64,000 bases of DNA from positions 384,001-448,000 of the forward strand of contig CAWIBO010000003.1 of NCBI GenBank assembly GCA_963834385.1, written 5' to 3'. Within the stretch, counting starts at the first letter, position 1. Every line of letters begins with the position of its first letter. A model generated the notes under the pieces. It was not told the DNA's origin and searched no databases. It saw only the letters and a program-made list of their open reading frames with translations. The DNA is from an uncultured Verrucomicrobiae bacterium. GTDB taxonomy: Bacteria; Verrucomicrobiota; Verrucomicrobiia; Chthoniobacterales; UBA10450. Positions 20,496-32,603 of the stretch are shown piece after piece. Position numbers and translations under genes: made by a program.

Positions 20496-22214
20496 ATGGA
20501 GAAACCGCGGTTGAGCGACCGGGCGCAACGGCGTCTGCGGCAGAAACGTCGAACGCTTATCCTGGTCGCGTCCGGGTTGGTTTTCGTTCTTCTTCTCTTC
20601 ACGGCGCGTCCGGCCTATCGCTGGTTCAAGGAACGGCGAGCCAACCAGTTTGCGGCCCAGGCGGAGGAACTGGTGGCTGAGGGAAAAATGGCCGAGGCCG
20701 CGGCAAAATACCGGGCGGCGCTGCAGCTGGACAAGCTGGGTTACCGCCCGCTCGCGGGGGCGGCCCGCCTGGCCACGCGTTTGAATCGTCCCGAAGCGGA
20801 GGGCCTCTGGCAGGAGGTGATGAAACTGCCGCAGCGCAGTCCGGCTGACCGGCAGGAATACATCTCGCTTTTGCTCCAGAAAAATCGGTTTCGCACCGCG
20901 GAAGACCAGCTCAAGCAACTCCTGCGGGTGCAAGCCGATGCCCGGGCCATGATGCTGGCCGCCCGCTACAAGCTGCGGGTGGGGGATGTGGCCAAGGCGA
21001 TCGAGTTTGGCCGGGCCGGTGTGCGGATGGAGCCAAAGAACGATGCTGTCCGTTTTCAACTGGCCGAAGCGCTGGCGTCGGCGACGGAACCGGCTTTGCG
21101 GGCCGAGGCGAGATCGATCTTGTGGGAAATGACCCAGCGTGAAGGCTCGTTCCGGGCCGCGGCGCTGGAAGGGCTGGCACAGGCCCCGGAGCTGACACAG
21201 GAGGAACGGCGCACGCTCCTGGGGACGTTCGAGGCGTTGAAGGATCCGACCGCGAACCAGGCGGTCTTCGCGGCGGAATTGCGGTTGCAGCTCAATCCCG
21301 GCGAATCGGAGCAGATCTACGACAAATTATCCGCGCGCCTGGGGCAGGGTGACGAGGGGGACCTGAACGAGCTGGCGCGCTGGCTGAACCTGCACAAGCA
21401 ATACGGCCGCGTGCTCAAGATGGTCCCGGAGGAAAAGGCGAAGAAGTCGAGCGACCTGATCCTTTCCCGGCTTGATGCTCTTGCCGGCCTGGAAAAGTGG
21501 GCGGAGATCGACACCATGCTGGGCAGCCCTGAGGTCAACCTGACCCCGGCCGTAATTGAAGCTTTTCGGGCCCGCGCCGCCCTTGGCCGGAACGACACCC
21601 TTAACGCCACGTTGCACTGGAACCGCGCGCTGAGCGCGAGTGGCGACGATCCCGAACGGCTGCGGCTGGTGGCCCATTTCGCCGAGCAGTCAGGCGCCAA
21701 TGAGATCGCCGCCCGGGCCTTTGAACAGCTTTCGCGCTCGCCAGAACACGCCGCCTTCGCCTTTCGCGGAATGCAGCGTCTGGCCGACAAACGGGGCGAT
21801 TCCGTCGCCCTCCGTTCCGTCAGCGACCGACTGGCCGAGGTGACACCGGAGGATGCGGATGCGCAGAACCAGGCGGCCTACATGAATCTCCTGCTGAAGA
21901 ATGACGTGGAAAAGAATGCCGCGGTGGCCCGCCGCCTGGTGGAGAAACACCCGACGCGGCTTGCTTTCCGGGTCACCGCCGCCCTGGGAGCCCTGCGCCA
22001 GCACAATGCCGCCGGGGCGCTCGCGCAATTCGAGGGTCCCGAGATCGAGTGGCGCCGGACGCCGCCGGCCTGGCGGGCGGTGTATGTCGCCGCGCTTCTG
22101 GCCAACGACCAATCGGCCAGGGCGGACTCCATCCGGCAGACGATTGACCCGGCCGGGTTGAAACCCGAGGAGCGGGCTCTGCTGGAGCGGGCGGCCGCCC
22201 CGGCGCAGGGTTAG
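20496..22214 (+). CDS. Membrane-anchored TPR-like protein linked to the exosortase
   Basis: N-terminal TM followed by Ala/Leu-rich helical repeats. Confidence 0.75.
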   Translation: MEKPRLSDRAQRRLRQKRRTLILVASGLVFVLLLFTARPAYRWFKERRANQFAAQAEELVAEGKMAEAAAKYRAALQLDKLGYRPLAGAARLATRLNRPEAEGLWQEVMKLPQRSPADRQEYISLLLQKNRFRTAEDQLKQLLRVQADARAMMLAARYKLRVGDVAKAIEFGRAGVRMEPKNDAVRFQLAEALASATEPALRAEARSILWEMTQREGSFRAAALEGLAQAPELTQEERRTLLGTFEALKDPTANQAVFAAELRLQLNPGESEQIYDKLSARLGQGDEGDLNELARWLNLHKQYGRVLKMVPEEKAKKSSDLILSRLDALAGLEKWAEIDTMLGSPEVNLTPAVIEAFRARAALGRNDTLNATLHWNRALSASGDDPERLRLVAHFAEQSGANEIAARAFEQLSRSPEHAAFAFRGMQRLADKRGDSVALRSVSDRLAEVTPEDADAQNQAAYMNLLLKNDVEKNAAVARRLVEKHPTRLAFRVTAALGALRQHNAAGALAQFEGPEIEWRRTPPAWRAVYVAALLANDQSARADSIRQTIDPAGLKPEERALLERAAAPAQG

Positions 22215-22215
22215 G

Positions 22216-22611
22216 CTAAAGCAGACTGGGACCGAAGGCGCCGGGCGCGCCTTTCTTCCAGCGCAACTCGGGATGCAGGTTGATCTCGCTTGCCGGCACG
22301 TTGAAGCCCGCGGCCCGCAGGAGGTAGGAAACGCCTTCCCGGCTTTCCATCGTCTCTTTCAGGCTGCGCGCGAACAGCTCGATGTATTCCTTGTAGGATT
22401 CCAGCTCGAGTTTGCCCTGCGCGAAATGCTCCGCCAGCGCCTCGTCGTGATAATCGATCAGGTCAAAGAGCGCCCGCCGCAATTTCATCCGCATCTCCGG
22501 GTCGACCACCAACTTGAACGGGGTGCCGGCCGGGTCGGGCAGAGAAAGGGTCTTGGTCTCCGGCAGCGGCTGGGCTGGGTTGATCAGCTGGTAATCGCGC
22601 GGCTCTGGCAT
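22216..22611 (-). CDS. Hypothetical protein
   Basis: 131-aa ORF fitting between neighbours. Confidence 0.6.
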   Translation of the reverse strand: MPEPRDYQLINPAQPLPETKTLSLPDPAGTPFKLVVDPEMRMKLRRALFDLIDYHDEALAEHFAQGKLELESYKEYIELFARSLKETMESREGVSYLLRAAGFNVPASEINLHPELRWKKGAPGAFGPSLL

Positions 22612-22677
22612 GGAAAAGTTCTCCGGGCGGCCCGGGCTACGAGCGCGCTTCAGGGGGAGAATAACCGGTCGGTTCTT

Positions 22678-24770
22678 CTAGAAAAAGATCGGAATGATAA
22701 GAATGGCGACGATGTTGACCACCTTGATCATCGGGTTGATCGCGGGCCCGGCGGTGTCCTTGTAGGGATCGCCCACGGTGTCCCCGGTGACCGAGGCGGC
22801 ATGGGTGGCGGAGCCTTTCCCGCCCAGGTTGCCTTCCTCGATGTATTTCTTGGCGTTGTCCCAGGCGCCGCCGCTTGAGGTCATGGCGATGGCGACAAAC
22901 AACCCGGTCACGATCGTTCCCACGAGAAGCCCGCCGAGGACCACGGGCCCGAGCGGCTTGATCGCGGCCACGGCCAGGACAAAAGCCACCGGGAGCAGCG
23001 CCGGCACAATCATCTCGCGCAGCGCGGCCTTGGTCACGATATCGACGCAGGTGCCGTACTCCGGGGTGTCTTCGCCGCGCAGAATGCCCGGCTTGGCCTG
23101 GAGTTGCCGCCGCACTTCCACGACGACGGCGCCGGCGGCCTTGCCCACCGCGTCCATGCTGAAGGCGGTGAAGATGAAGGGAAGAAGACCACCGATAAAG
23201 AGGCCGATGATGACCTTCGGATCGCTCAGGGAGAAGGTGAGAAGCCGTTCCGCTTCGGCCAGGCCCATGCCATGGGCGATCAGGTGCGCCTTGAGGTCGA
23301 CTCGCGTAGGAACCGAATAGGACGAGGGCGGCGAGGCCGGCGGAGGCAATGGCGTAACCTTTGGTCACCGCCTTCATGGTGTTACCCACCGCATCCAGCT
23401 CATCGGTCGTGTCGCGCACTTCCTTGGGCAGGTTGCTCATCACGGCGATGCCGCCGGCGTTGTCGGTGATGGGTCCAAAGGCATCGAGCGAAATGATGAT
23501 GCCGGCCATGGAAAGCATGCTCATGACGGCGATGGCAATGCCGTAAAGCCCGGCAAAATGATACGACCCGAGAATGGCCGCGCCGATGAAGAGAACCGGA
23601 AGCGCGGTGGCATGATGACCGATGGCCAGGCCGGCAATGATGTTGGTGGCGTGCCCGGTCTGCGAAGCCTCGGCGATCTTCCGCACCGGCCGGTACTTGG
23701 TCGAAGTATAGTAATTGGTGATGACCACGACGATGCCGGTCATGAGCAGCCCGATCAGGGCCGCCAGGTAAAGGCCGCCGGGCGTCCGCAGGATGCCGTT
23801 GATGGCGACGCCGTCCGGGAAGAAAAGATAGGTGGCCGGGTAGAAGAGCACGGCCGAGACAATCCCGCTCGCGGCCACTGCGGTCATGAGGGTGGCCGTC
23901 GGTTTGCCGCCGGTCAGGTTCACGTAAAGGATGCCGCAGATTGCGCCCAGGACGGAAATGCCGCCGAGGACAAAGGGATAAACGACCGCGGCCGGGTTGC
24001 CCACGATGGTGAGCGCGCCCACCAGGATCGCGCCGATGAGACTGACCGCGTAGGTTTCAAACACGTCGGCGGCCATGCCGGCGCAGTCGCCCACGTTGTC
24101 GCCCACGTTGTCCGCGATCGTGGCCGGGTTGCGCGGATCGTCTTCATCGAGGTTGCTCTCGATCTTGCCCACCAGGTCGGCGCCGACATCGGCCGCCTTG
24201 GTGTAAATGCCGCCGCCGAGACGGGCAAAGACGCTGATCAGGCTGGAGCCGAGGGCGAGCCCGACCAGGCTGGTCGACAGCGGCTCCCGCCCCCACCATG
24301 CTGGTGGCGACGAGGTAAAAGGCGCCCACGGAAAGGAGGGCGAGGCCGACCACGAGCAGGCCGGTGACGGCGCCGCCGTTGAAGGCGACCCGGAGGGCGG
24401 CGGTGCGTGAGGTGATGGCCGCCTGGGTGGTGCGGACGTTGGCCAAAACGGCAATGCGCATGCCGATGTAGCCGGCCACGAGGGAGCAAAAGGCGCCGAT
24501 CAGAAAGCCGATGGCAGTGGCCTTGTCCTTGAAGATAAAGAGCAGGACGAAGATGACCGCGGCAATGGCGGAGATGGTGATGACCTGCCGGTTCAGGTAG
24601 GCCTTGGCCCCTTCCTGCACCGCTCCGGCGATCTCGCGCATGCGCTCGTTACCCGGCGACGCGCGCAGGATCGAAAGAATGAGAAAAACGGCGAAGCCGA
24701 GCCCGGCAACGGCGCAAAGCATGGCGAGCCAGATGCCAGAGCCAAGAATGTTAAGAGCGAAAAAAGTCAT
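22678..24770 (-). CDS. hppA: Membrane-bound H+-translocating pyrophosphatase (apparent frameshifts near 24285 and 23305)
   Basis: [54 protein letters not shown] across three frames. Confidence 0.93.
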
Positions 24771-24993
24771 AGATTATCTCCCCGGTGCGGAAAGTGGCGG
24801 ACATTAGTCGGTTTTATCGCGCTGGCAACCGGTGAGTCCGTCCTTCCGGGTGCCAGCGACCGAAGCCGGGGAGGGGGCGGTCCGCTTTTGCGGGGGCGCG
24901 GTCATCTTATAATGCTGGCGGGCAGCGGCTTGCCCGGAAAGGGGGCGGGCCGAATTTGCGGGTTTTTTCGATGGGCCGCGCTAAGCTGGCGGC

Positions 24994-25521
24994 ATGAGAA
25001 GGCTGTCATTTTTTCTGTTCGCGTTGCTGAGCGCGCCGTTGCTGCCCGCCCAGGCGCCCAATCCGGCGGAACAAAAGGAGGCGATGCAGAAGCTCGACTT
25101 CATGATCGGCGAGTGGGAGGGCGAAGGCTGGATGGACCGAGGCGGCCAGCGCGCGACCTTCAAGGGGGGCGAGATCGTGCAGGCGAAGCTGAACGGCATC
25201 GCCCTGCTCGTGGAAGGGAAGTTCAAGGCCCCGGTGCAGGGGGAGGATCGGACGGTGCACGAGACGCTCGGGATCCTGACCTATGATCCGGCGAAAAAGA
25301 GCTACCGTTTCCGCACCCATCTGGCCATGGGAGCAAGCGGCGACCACGAGCTGACGCTGCTGGACGGCGGCTGGCGCTGGAGCCTCCAAGGTCCGCAGGG
25401 CCAGATGCGCTACACCATGAAGCTCAACGAAAAGGGGGAATGGTTCGAAATCGGGGAGCGTTCCACCGACGGCGAAAAATGGGAGCAGTTCTTCGAGATG
25501 ACGCTGCGCAAGAAGACGTAG
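24994..25521 (+). CDS. Secreted DUF1579-like beta-barrel protein
   Basis: Signal peptide; LDFMIGEWEGEG...WFEIGERS...FFEMTL. Confidence 0.7.
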   Translation: MRRLSFFLFALLSAPLLPAQAPNPAEQKEAMQKLDFMIGEWEGEGWMDRGGQRATFKGGEIVQAKLNGIALLVEGKFKAPVQGEDRTVHETLGILTYDPAKKSYRFRTHLAMGASGDHELTLLDGGWRWSLQGPQGQMRYTMKLNEKGEWFEIGERSTDGEKWEQFFEMTLRKKT

Positions 25522-25527
25522 CCCGGC

Positions 25528-26916
<1,389 letters not shown>

Positions 26917-27021
26917 CGGGTGAATGTGGCCGGTGCGCGCGTTCCGACAAGAAAAAGCGTCCTCGAAAAAAGGAAGGGCCCGATTTCACCTGCACAATCG
27001 TGATTTCGATTATTGTGTCTG

Positions 27022-28176
27022 GTGCACAGGATCATTCTTCCCCTCCTCTTTTTTTCTTTTCTCGCTCCGCTCGCGGCGGCCCCGGCGGAGTTCCGCGGCG
27101 CCTGGGTGGCGACCGTTCATAATATTGACTGGCCGTCGCGCCCCGGCCTCTCCGCGGGCGAACAAAAGGCGGAACTGCGGCGCCTGCTCGACCGCGCGGC
27201 CGGCCTCGGCCTGAACGCCATCCTGCTTCAGGTGCGCCCGGCCAGCGATGCCCTTTATGCCTCCGAGATCGAGCCCTGGTCGCAGTTCCTCACCGGGCGC
27301 CAGGGCGTCTCGCCCGGGTATGATCCGCTCGCCTTCGCCGTGGCCGAGGCGCATGCGCGCAACCTTGAACTGCACGCCTGGATCAACCCGTTCCGGGCCG
27401 CTTCCAACACCGCCACCCCGCTGGCCGCCAACCACGTGGCCAAAAAGCGCCCGCAGTGGGTGCGCCGTGTCGGCAAACAGCTCTGGATCGACCCGGGTGA
27501 ACCGGCTGCGCGCGAGTATGTGCTCGGCGTCGTGCGCGACATCGTCCGGCGCTACGACGTCGATGGGGTGCACATCGACGATTACTTTTATCCCTACCCG
27601 ACCAAGGGAAGTTCCACTTTCCCGGATTCCGCGAGCTGGGCCCGGCATGGAAAGGGCAGCGGCTTGAGCCGGGCCGACTGGCGCCGCGAGAACATCAACG
27701 ACTTCGTCCGCTCCCTTTACCGGACGGTGAAATCGACGCGCGCCTCCGCCCAGGTCGGGATCAGCCCATTTGGCATCTGGCGCCCGGGGGTGCCGGCCAC
27801 GACGACCGCCTCCCTCAGTGCGTTTGATCATCTCTACGCCGATTCGCGCAAATGGCTCGCGGAAGGGTGGTGCGATTACATGGCGCCGCAGCTTTACTGG
27901 GGCATCCAGCCGGCCAAGCAAAGTTTTCCGGTCCTGCTGCAATGGTGGCGGTCGCAAAGCCGGGGCCGGCCGGTCTGGCCCGGCATCGCCACCGAGCGCA
28001 TTGGGCGGGCCCGGCCCGCGCGCGAGATCATCAACCAGATCGCCCTGACCCGCGAAGGGACCGACACCCCGGGGCACATCCATTGGAGCATGAAAGCGCT
28101 TCTGCGGAACCAGGGAGGCATTTCCGAGATGCTCGCGGAAGGACCGTACCGCGAACGCGCGGCCGCGCCGAGGTAG
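27022..28176 (+). CDS. GHL10/YddW(DigH)-like glycoside hydrolase
   Basis: EFRGAWVATVHNIDWPS, LHAWINPFR, HIDDYFYPY, GISPFGIW, PQLYW. Confidence 0.9.
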   Translation: MHRIILPLLFFSFLAPLAAAPAEFRGAWVATVHNIDWPSRPGLSAGEQKAELRRLLDRAAGLGLNAILLQVRPASDALYASEIEPWSQFLTGRQGVSPGYDPLAFAVAEAHARNLELHAWINPFRAASNTATPLAANHVAKKRPQWVRRVGKQLWIDPGEPAAREYVLGVVRDIVRRYDVDGVHIDDYFYPYPTKGSSTFPDSASWARHGKGSGLSRADWRRENINDFVRSLYRTVKSTRASAQVGISPFGIWRPGVPATTTASLSAFDHLYADSRKWLAEGWCDYMAPQLYWGIQPAKQSFPVLLQWWRSQSRGRPVWPGIATERIGRARPAREIINQIALTREGTDTPGHIHWSMKALLRNQGGISEMLAEGPYRERAAAPR

Positions 28177-28203
28177 ACTTCGCGGTTGTCGCGAGCTCCG
28201 CGG

Positions 28204-29710
28204 TTACAGCTCGAAGAACGCCTTTGACCAGGCGAAGGAAGTTCGCGCTGTATTCGCGTGTCCGGCTGGCGCGTTCCGCCACCGGCATCGCTTCCAGGAC
28301 GATGCCTTCCGTCTCCAGCTTGCGGCGGGCCAGCAGGTCGCTCAACTGCGTGGCGCACTCGGGCGCCTCATGCAGGATTTTCGCCATGACCGGCTTGCTG
28401 ATCTCGAGCACTTCGCAATCCTCGGCGGCCCGGACGGTGGCCATGCGTGGCTGCCCCGTGAGCAGTGACATTTCGCCGAAGCAATCGCCGCTCTGCAGCA
28501 CGCCCACGCGGATAACGTTCCCCTCCCGCCGCACGGAGACGCTGGCGCTGCCGTTGATCATGACGAACATGGAGGAGCCTTCCGCGTTTTCCTCGATGAT
28601 CGGTTCGCCGCGTCCGTATTTTTTCAGGACGGAATCCTGCAGGAGATTGTGCAGGTTCTCCTCGCCCAGCGCCTGGAAAAGGGCGTCCTCGGTCAGGACA
28701 TCACGCGCTTTCTCGCGATGCCCGCGCTCGGCCGTTTCCCCGCGCCGTTCCACCTGCACGGTGCGGATGGGGAACGGAATCCGGATGTTGTTGCGGCGAA
28801 AGGCGTACCAGATGTTGGTCCGGAGTTCATCCGTGATTTCGTTGGAACGCGCATGCCCGGCGATGGCATATTTGACCTCGTAGATCATCGCGAAGTCGGC
28901 GAAATCGACCAGGAAGACTTTGGTTGGGGGTTCCGGGAGAATGTCTTCCACCCGGCGGGCGGCCCGCAGGATGACGTCCTTCACCCGGTTCGGCGGCTGA
29001 TTGTAATCGACTCCCACGCGGAGGCGCATCGAGTGCACCGGCGTCGGATAGTGCAGGTTGATGATGGTGGTTTTGACGATCTCGTTGTTGGGCACATCGA
29101 GATAGATGCCGTCCTTGGTGCGCAGCCGGGTGGAGCGCCAGTTGATTTCCATGACCTCGGCGTGGGTCTCCTCGATCCGCAGCCAGTCGCCCACCTTGTA
29201 AGGCTTGCTGATCTGGAGCGACATGCCGGCGATGATGCCGCCCAGCATGTTCTGCGCGGCCAGCGCGAAGATGATCGCGACCACGCCGGAACCGGCGAGC
29301 AATCCTTTCAGCTCGGCATCGGCTTTGTAGCCAAGGCTCAGGACCAGGAGAAGAACCACCAGGAAAAGGACAAGGGCCACGATCTCCCGCAGGAAACTCG
29401 GGATGGGCGTGCCGCGGACCCGTTCGAAATAATAGTCCCAAAGGAAGCGATTCAGCAGGGCCACCACGACGAAGGTGCTGCTGAGAACGACCGCGGCGCC
29501 CACGTGGTCGCGGAAGCTGGATTCCAATCCCCAGGTCCAGAGCGCCGCGTAGAACGCCACCACGAAGCTGAAACAACGGAAAAGAAAACCGAGGCGAACG
29601 CCGGCCCGGCGTTTGAGCAATCGCCCGATCGTGATCAGGAGCGAGAAAGTGCCGAGGAAAACCGCGGCCGTGACCAGGGCGCGATGTGATTCCAGGAGAT
29701 TCTCGAACAT
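28204..29710 (-). CDS. MscS family mechanosensitive channel with a C-terminal cNMP-binding domain
   Basis: TM helices, KVGDW, INWRSTRL, PFP, GDCFGEMSLLTGQPRMATV; the ORF track runs to 28031, but removing one A near 28223 gives a natural KAFFEL* stop at 28204. Confidence 0.88.
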
Positions 29711-29770
29711 GACCGTGCTCAGGTTAGCAGCCGGGGGAAGGGAACGGAAGTCTCCGCCCGGTCCCTTTGC

Positions 29771-30112
29771 TCACGGGCGTCCGTGCCAGGCCAGCCAGGC
29801 CCAGCCGGCCAGAAAACAGAGCCCGCCCAGCGGCGTGACGGCCCCCAGCCAGCGGACGTTGCTCAGGCCCATGAGATAAAGGCTGCCGCTGAAAAGCACG
29901 ATGCCGGCGACGAAGAGCCAGCCCGCGCCCTTCGGCAACTGGGGAAAAAGACTCACGGCCAGGAGCGCGAGCGCATGGACGAAATGATAAAGGACCGCCT
30001 TCTCCCAGGCGCCGGTCATTCCGCGCTCCTGCAGCATCAGCTTGAGCCCGTGCGCGCCGAAGGCCCCAAGGGCCACGGCCAGAAAAGCCAGAACGGCGGC
30101 GAGACGAAACAT
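29771..30112 (-). CDS. DUF423 family membrane protein
   Basis: GAFGAHGL, YHFVH, LFSGSLY, VTPLGG. Confidence 0.92.
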   Translation of the reverse strand: MFRLAAVLAFLAVALGAFGAHGLKLMLQERGMTGAWEKAVLYHFVHALALLAVSLFPQLPKGAGWLFVAGIVLFSGSLYLMGLSNVRWLGAVTPLGGLCFLAGWAWLAWHGRP

Positions 30113-30260
30113 GCGTGCCGTGACGAAACAGGATCAGACGGTGCAGAGCAAGAACTCAAAGTGGGGCGCCATCCGCGTGACGCTCTTTCGCCCCGGGGCG
30201 GCCTCAGCTTCTCCGTGATCGGCATCGACATCCGGGGACATCTCTCGTTCCCTTTCGTTG

Positions 30261-30662
30261 ATGGAATTGGCGGTCGAGCGATTCTTGGCGTTGTCACTGC
30301 TTGTGACCGGCCTTTCGCATGCGTTGCAGCCGCGCGCCTGGATCGAGTTGTTTATCCGTCTGCGCGGCCTGGGCGACGGCGGCATTCTCCTTGTCGCGCT
30401 CATGCATCTCCCGTTCGGGCTTTTGATCGTGACCTTTCACAACGTCTGGCACGGGCCCGGGACGGTGGTCACTCTTCTCGGCTGGGGTTTGACGCTTAAA
30501 GGTTCTCTCTACTTCTTTTTTCCGGCGGTGGGCCGGTGGGGGCTGCGCCGCGTCGCTCCCGGGCGTGCCTTCGAATTCATTCTGGCCGGCCTGGCGGCCA
30601 CGGCGCTTGCGGTCTTTATCGCGTGGCACGCTTCCCCGGCGCGCCAGCCGTTCACCCCATAA
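30261..30662 (+). CDS. Hypothetical membrane protein
   Basis: Several hydrophobic segments; HNVW...LLGW. Confidence 0.7.
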   Translation: MELAVERFLALSLLVTGLSHALQPRAWIELFIRLRGLGDGGILLVALMHLPFGLLIVTFHNVWHGPGTVVTLLGWGLTLKGSLYFFFPAVGRWGLRRVAPGRAFEFILAGLAATALAVFIAWHASPARQPFTP

Positions 30663-30810
30663 ACCGCCGCACCAGCCAGATCAGGCCGAGAATAATCGCG
30701 GCAATCCAGAGCAGATGAAGCGCGAGCGAGGTCAGGGCCAGGACCACCCGGGCCACGATCCAGATCACGACGAGGACCACGGCCAGCCAGATCAAGGTGT
30801 GCGGGTTCAT
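30652..30810 (-). CDS. Small 2-TM membrane protein (52 aa)
   Basis: MNPHTLIWLAVVLVVIWIVARVVLALTSLALHLLWIAAIILGLIWLVRRFMG*; purine-rich RBS; below the ORF-track cutoff. Confidence 0.7.
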   Translation of the reverse strand: MNPHTLIWLAVVLVVIWIVARVVLALTSLALHLLWIAAIILGLIWLVRRFMG

Positions 30811-30840
30811 CCCTTCTTCTCGCAAAACCGCGGCAGGGCG

Positions 30841-31999
30841 TCAATTTTCGGGCTGGTCCGCCCGGCGCACCACTTCCACGAAACGCGCCAGGCGTTCGTC
30901 GTTCCCGGCGCGCGCCGGCAGCCAGGCGAGGAGATCAGCCAGCGCGCCCGGCTCCATCGGCTCTTCCGCGCGCAGGAGAAGACCGAAGCGCGCCGCGGCC
31001 GCGGCCAGCCGCAGATCGGCGGAGGCCTTGTCGAACTCCGGTCCGGGGCCCGCCAGCGCCTGTTCCATCGAGGCGACGAGTCCGCGGGCCGTGCGGTAGC
31101 TCAGATGAAATTGCAAGAGCGGCCCGGTTGCGGCGGTGGCGCCGCGGAGCGGCCGGATCTGATAAAGCACGGTCAGCCGGAAGCCGGCAGGAACCGTGGG
31201 TGCTTCCCCCGGCCCCTCGTCCCGATCGTAACCGAGCAGGCGATACGATTCCACCTGTGCCGGATTGAACCGGACCTCGGCCGCCACCACCGGAAGCGCC
31301 GGCGCGGATTCACCGGTCTTGAGCGCAACGCGCACCAGCTGGTCGCCCGGTTCCCACGGACAATGCGCCGCTTCAAGAATCAGCCCAAGCGGCTGATCCG
31401 GCTCCGGCTCCGGGTAGTCGTAGGCGAAGTAATTGATCAACCCCTCGACCGCGATCTCTGCCGCCGCCGGGCGGCGCCCGGCCAGGATCTCGTTCTCGAT
31501 GCGGGCGAAAGCTTCCGGCACTGGGCGGAGAGGAAGCGCGGCGACCGGAGCCTTGCGTGTGGAAACGAATCCGCGCTGAGCAGCCGACCCGGGAGCTGGT
31601 TCCTCCATGGTCGCATCGACGATAAACGATTCCTCCGCGGCTGGGGGTGGCGGAGCGGGCGGGTTGGTTGCCAGATCGGGGGAATCTGATTGGAGAATCG
31701 ACGACGCCGGCCACCACCGCGGCGGCGATGACCGCGGCCGCGACCGCCGAAACAGGCCAGAACGAGTCGCGCCAGAAAACGCGCCCGTAAGGGTCGGGCA
31801 AAATCGAGTGGTCCGCGGTCGTGTCGGGCTGGTCCGCCTGGGCGAACGATTTCTCCACCTGCCGGGCCAGAGCGCGGATTTCGTTCACATAAGCCTGCGC
31901 CTCGGGCGAGGCCGCGACCCGGGCGGCCATGCGGGCACGTTCGGGCTCCGGCAGTTCACCCAGGGCGAAGGCGGTCAGGTTGGGATCGTCGAGGTTCAT
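30841..31999 (-). CDS. Anti-sigma-type membrane protein with YfbK-like (vWF_A/DUF3520) segments; apparent frameshift(s) near 31620-31710
   Basis: DDPNLTAFALGEL N-terminus, TM, then LINYFAYDYP...PW...FNPAQVESYRLLGY...LAAAAARFGLLLR. Confidence 0.75.
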
Positions 32000-32538
32000 G
32001 AATTTTTGCGGGGTTCGAAGTCGAGAAAATCGCGCGCGGTTTTTTCGTGCAGCTGGCGGAGGCGGCGCAGGGCGTTGTGGATGATGACGCCGACATTGGA
32101 AACGGAGAGGCGAGTGACCTCCGCGATCTCGGCGTAGCTGAGGCCGCCCTGAAATTTGAGCTGCAGAATTTCCTGCTGGCGCAGCGGCAGGGTGGCGATA
32201 ATGCGCTGGAGGAACTCCGATGCTTCGCGTTTCTCGAGTTGCGCGGAGGGGGACGGATCGGCCGCGGCCCGGTCTTCGACCACGTTGTCCTCGAGGAAAA
32301 GGAGCCGGCGTTCCTTGCGGCAGACGTTCAGGGCCCGGTTCCGGCAGACGGTGAAAAGCCATTTCACCGGGTGCGAATCGGTTTCGCGGCGGTCGGAACG
32401 TTCCAGCTCGAGGAAAGTTTCCTGGACCACGTCGCGGGCCCGTTCCTGGTCCCCCAGGATGCGGGCGGCATATTGCCGCAACGGTCCTTCAAACCGTTGC
32501 ATCAGGGCCGCAAGATCGTGGTCAGGCTGCGCGCTCAT
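31996..32538 (-). CDS. ECF RNA polymerase sigma factor
   Basis: ARDVVQETF, WLFTVCRN, GLSYAEIA. Confidence 0.93.
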   Translation of the reverse strand: MSAQPDHDLAALMQRFEGPLRQYAARILGDQERARDVVQETFLELERSDRRETDSHPVKWLFTVCRNRALNVCRKERRLLFLEDNVVEDRAAADPSPSAQLEKREASEFLQRIIATLPLRQQEILQLKFQGGLSYAEIAEVTRLSVSNVGVIIHNALRRLRQLHEKTARDFLDFEPRKNS

Positions 32539-32603
32539 CGTGATGGCGAGCGGCATGCTAGCCGCTCGCCCGCCCGATGCCAGCCTCGCCCGGCCGCTCC
32601 TGC

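Noticed and set aside
19524..22214. 896-aa exosortase-TPR fusion ORF
   Set aside because: Produced by a frameshift near 20350; the exosortase ends at 20487 and the TPR gene has its own ATG at 20496
24770..24990. Riboswitch upstream of hppA
   Set aside because: No recognisable aptamer consensus by eye
28031..28203. 146-bp convergent overlap of mscS with the GHL10 gene
   Set aside because: One extra A near 28223 explains it; a natural stop exists at 28204
30134..30403. 89-aa minus-strand ORF
   Set aside because: Overlaps a better membrane-protein gene on the plus strand and has no motif
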